From: an uncultured Dehalococcoidia bacterium
GTDB taxonomy: Bacteria; Chloroflexota; Dehalococcoidia; Dehalococcoidales; UBA1222
Length of the DNA: 64,000 nucleotides
NCBI GenBank assembly: GCA_903844845.1
Contig: CAIMVG010000004.1
Coordinates: 30,840-94,839, forward strand
Reading direction: 5' to 3'
Numbering within the stretch: the stretch's first letter is position 1; every line of letters starts with the position of its first letter. The notes beneath the pieces are model-generated. The model made no database searches, had not been told where the DNA came from, and saw only the letters and a program-made list of their open reading frames with translations. Position numbers and translations under genes: made by a program. Shown piece after piece: positions 63,184-64,000 of this stretch.

Positions 63184-64000
63184 CCTGGGCAAGGTTTTCA
63201 CCGTGACCAGTTTTGGCGAAAGCCACGGCGAGATGGTTGGGATTATCGTTGACGGCTGCCCCGCCGGACTTCCGCTTTGTGAAGCAGACCTTCAACCCGA
63301 CCTCGAACGGCGCAGACCAGGGAAAAGCTCCATTTCTTCGCCACGTAAAGAATTGGATAGGGGCATTATTTTATCAGGCGTTTTTAACGGTAAAACAACC
63401 GGGGCGCCTTTATGCATGATCGTCCGAAACGAGGACGCACACCCTGAAGCCTATGAGAAAACAAGCAGTGTTCCCCGCCCGGGACATGCCGATTACACCG
63501 CTTATGTGAAATATGGCGGGTACGCCGATTACCGCGGTGGCGGGCGGTTTTCCGGACGGGTCACAGCAGGATTGGTGATGGCTGGCGCGGTCGCTAAAAA
63601 GCTGCTAGCACTGTTGAATGTGGAAATACTCGGACATACGTCCGAGATAGGCGGCATCAAAGCGATCGCCCGAGATTACGACGAAGTACGTAAAAATGCG
63701 CCCGCCAACCCAGTTCACTGTTGCAACCCGCAGACCGCCGAAATCATGATCCGAGCCATCGAAACGGCCCTCAAGGAAGGTGACAGTCTGGGGGGCATCG
63801 TCGAAATCATAGCCCTCGGTGTCCCAGCCGGGCTTGGCGAGCCAGTATTCGACACGCTGGAGGGAGAGATGTCGAAAGCTTTCTTTTCCATACCGGGAGT
63901 GAAGGGCGTGGAATTCGGCGCAGGGTTTTCGGTGGCACACCTCAAAGGTTCAGAAAACAACGATCCGTTCATCCTGAAGGACGGGGGTATCGCGACCACA
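63173..64000 (+). CDS. aroC: Chorismate synthase, C-terminus beyond window
   Basis: Absent from the ORF track because there is no stop in the window. My own translation from ATG 63173 reads [33 protein letters not shown]...[15 protein letters not shown]... Confidence 0.9.
   Translation, partial: [276 protein letters not shown]

Noticed and set aside
63213-63419. Plus-strand 68-aa ORF
   Set aside because: It is out of frame inside aroC, whose frame (from ATG 63173) gives canonical chorismate synthase sequence.

Overview
This is a chromosomal, mostly housekeeping segment of a bacterium whose 16S rRNA gene (about 14988-16485, minus strand) looks Dehalococcoidia/Chloroflexota-like by eye; that call needs BLAST. 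The gene content, left to right, is as follows. Bases 1-1446 hold a UPF0210/ACT pair. Bases 1884-11180 form an accessory-looking stretch: lepB, a small AT-rich membrane-protein gene bracketed by 22-nt direct repeats, an ECF sigma / anti-sigma pair with a TolB-like propeller, a stand-alone 7-blade WD40 protein, a putative metal-handling YtkA-like lipoprotein plus Met-rich YHS membrane protein, and a MacB-type ABC exporter. Bases 12031-14457 hold a glutaredoxin-PDZ gene with an in-frame TGA at the active site, followed by ygiQ. Next come tRNA-Ile(GAU) and an orphan 16S rRNA. They are followed by tldD/pmbA, a PAC2-HEAT-GNAT trio and a HadAB-like hotdog pair. Bases 23214-32414 are a methionine-salvage / SAM-cycle cluster (mtnA, rmuC, mtnP, a short MetE-like protein, ahcY, metK). 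Bases 34688-54810 are a contiguous 20-kb ribosomal super-operon on the minus strand (rpsL to rpsI, 37 genes including a hand-found rpmJ). Bases 55329-57367 encode a double-cubane-cluster-type dehydratase-family protein and its activase. Bases 57712-64000 hold a complete shikimate operon (DAHP synthase, aroB, aroD, aroE-aroK fusion, aroA, aroC partial). I found no CRISPR array, transposase or integrase. The two most interesting signals are both invisible to the 60-aa ORF track. The first is a candidate selenocysteine (TGA in a UPYC motif with a SECIS-like hairpin) in the glutaredoxin-PDZ gene. The second is a 21-codon Tyr/Phe/Trp-rich leader ORF with promoter and intrinsic terminator directly upstream of the shikimate operon, i.e. 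a putative aromatic-amino-acid attenuator.
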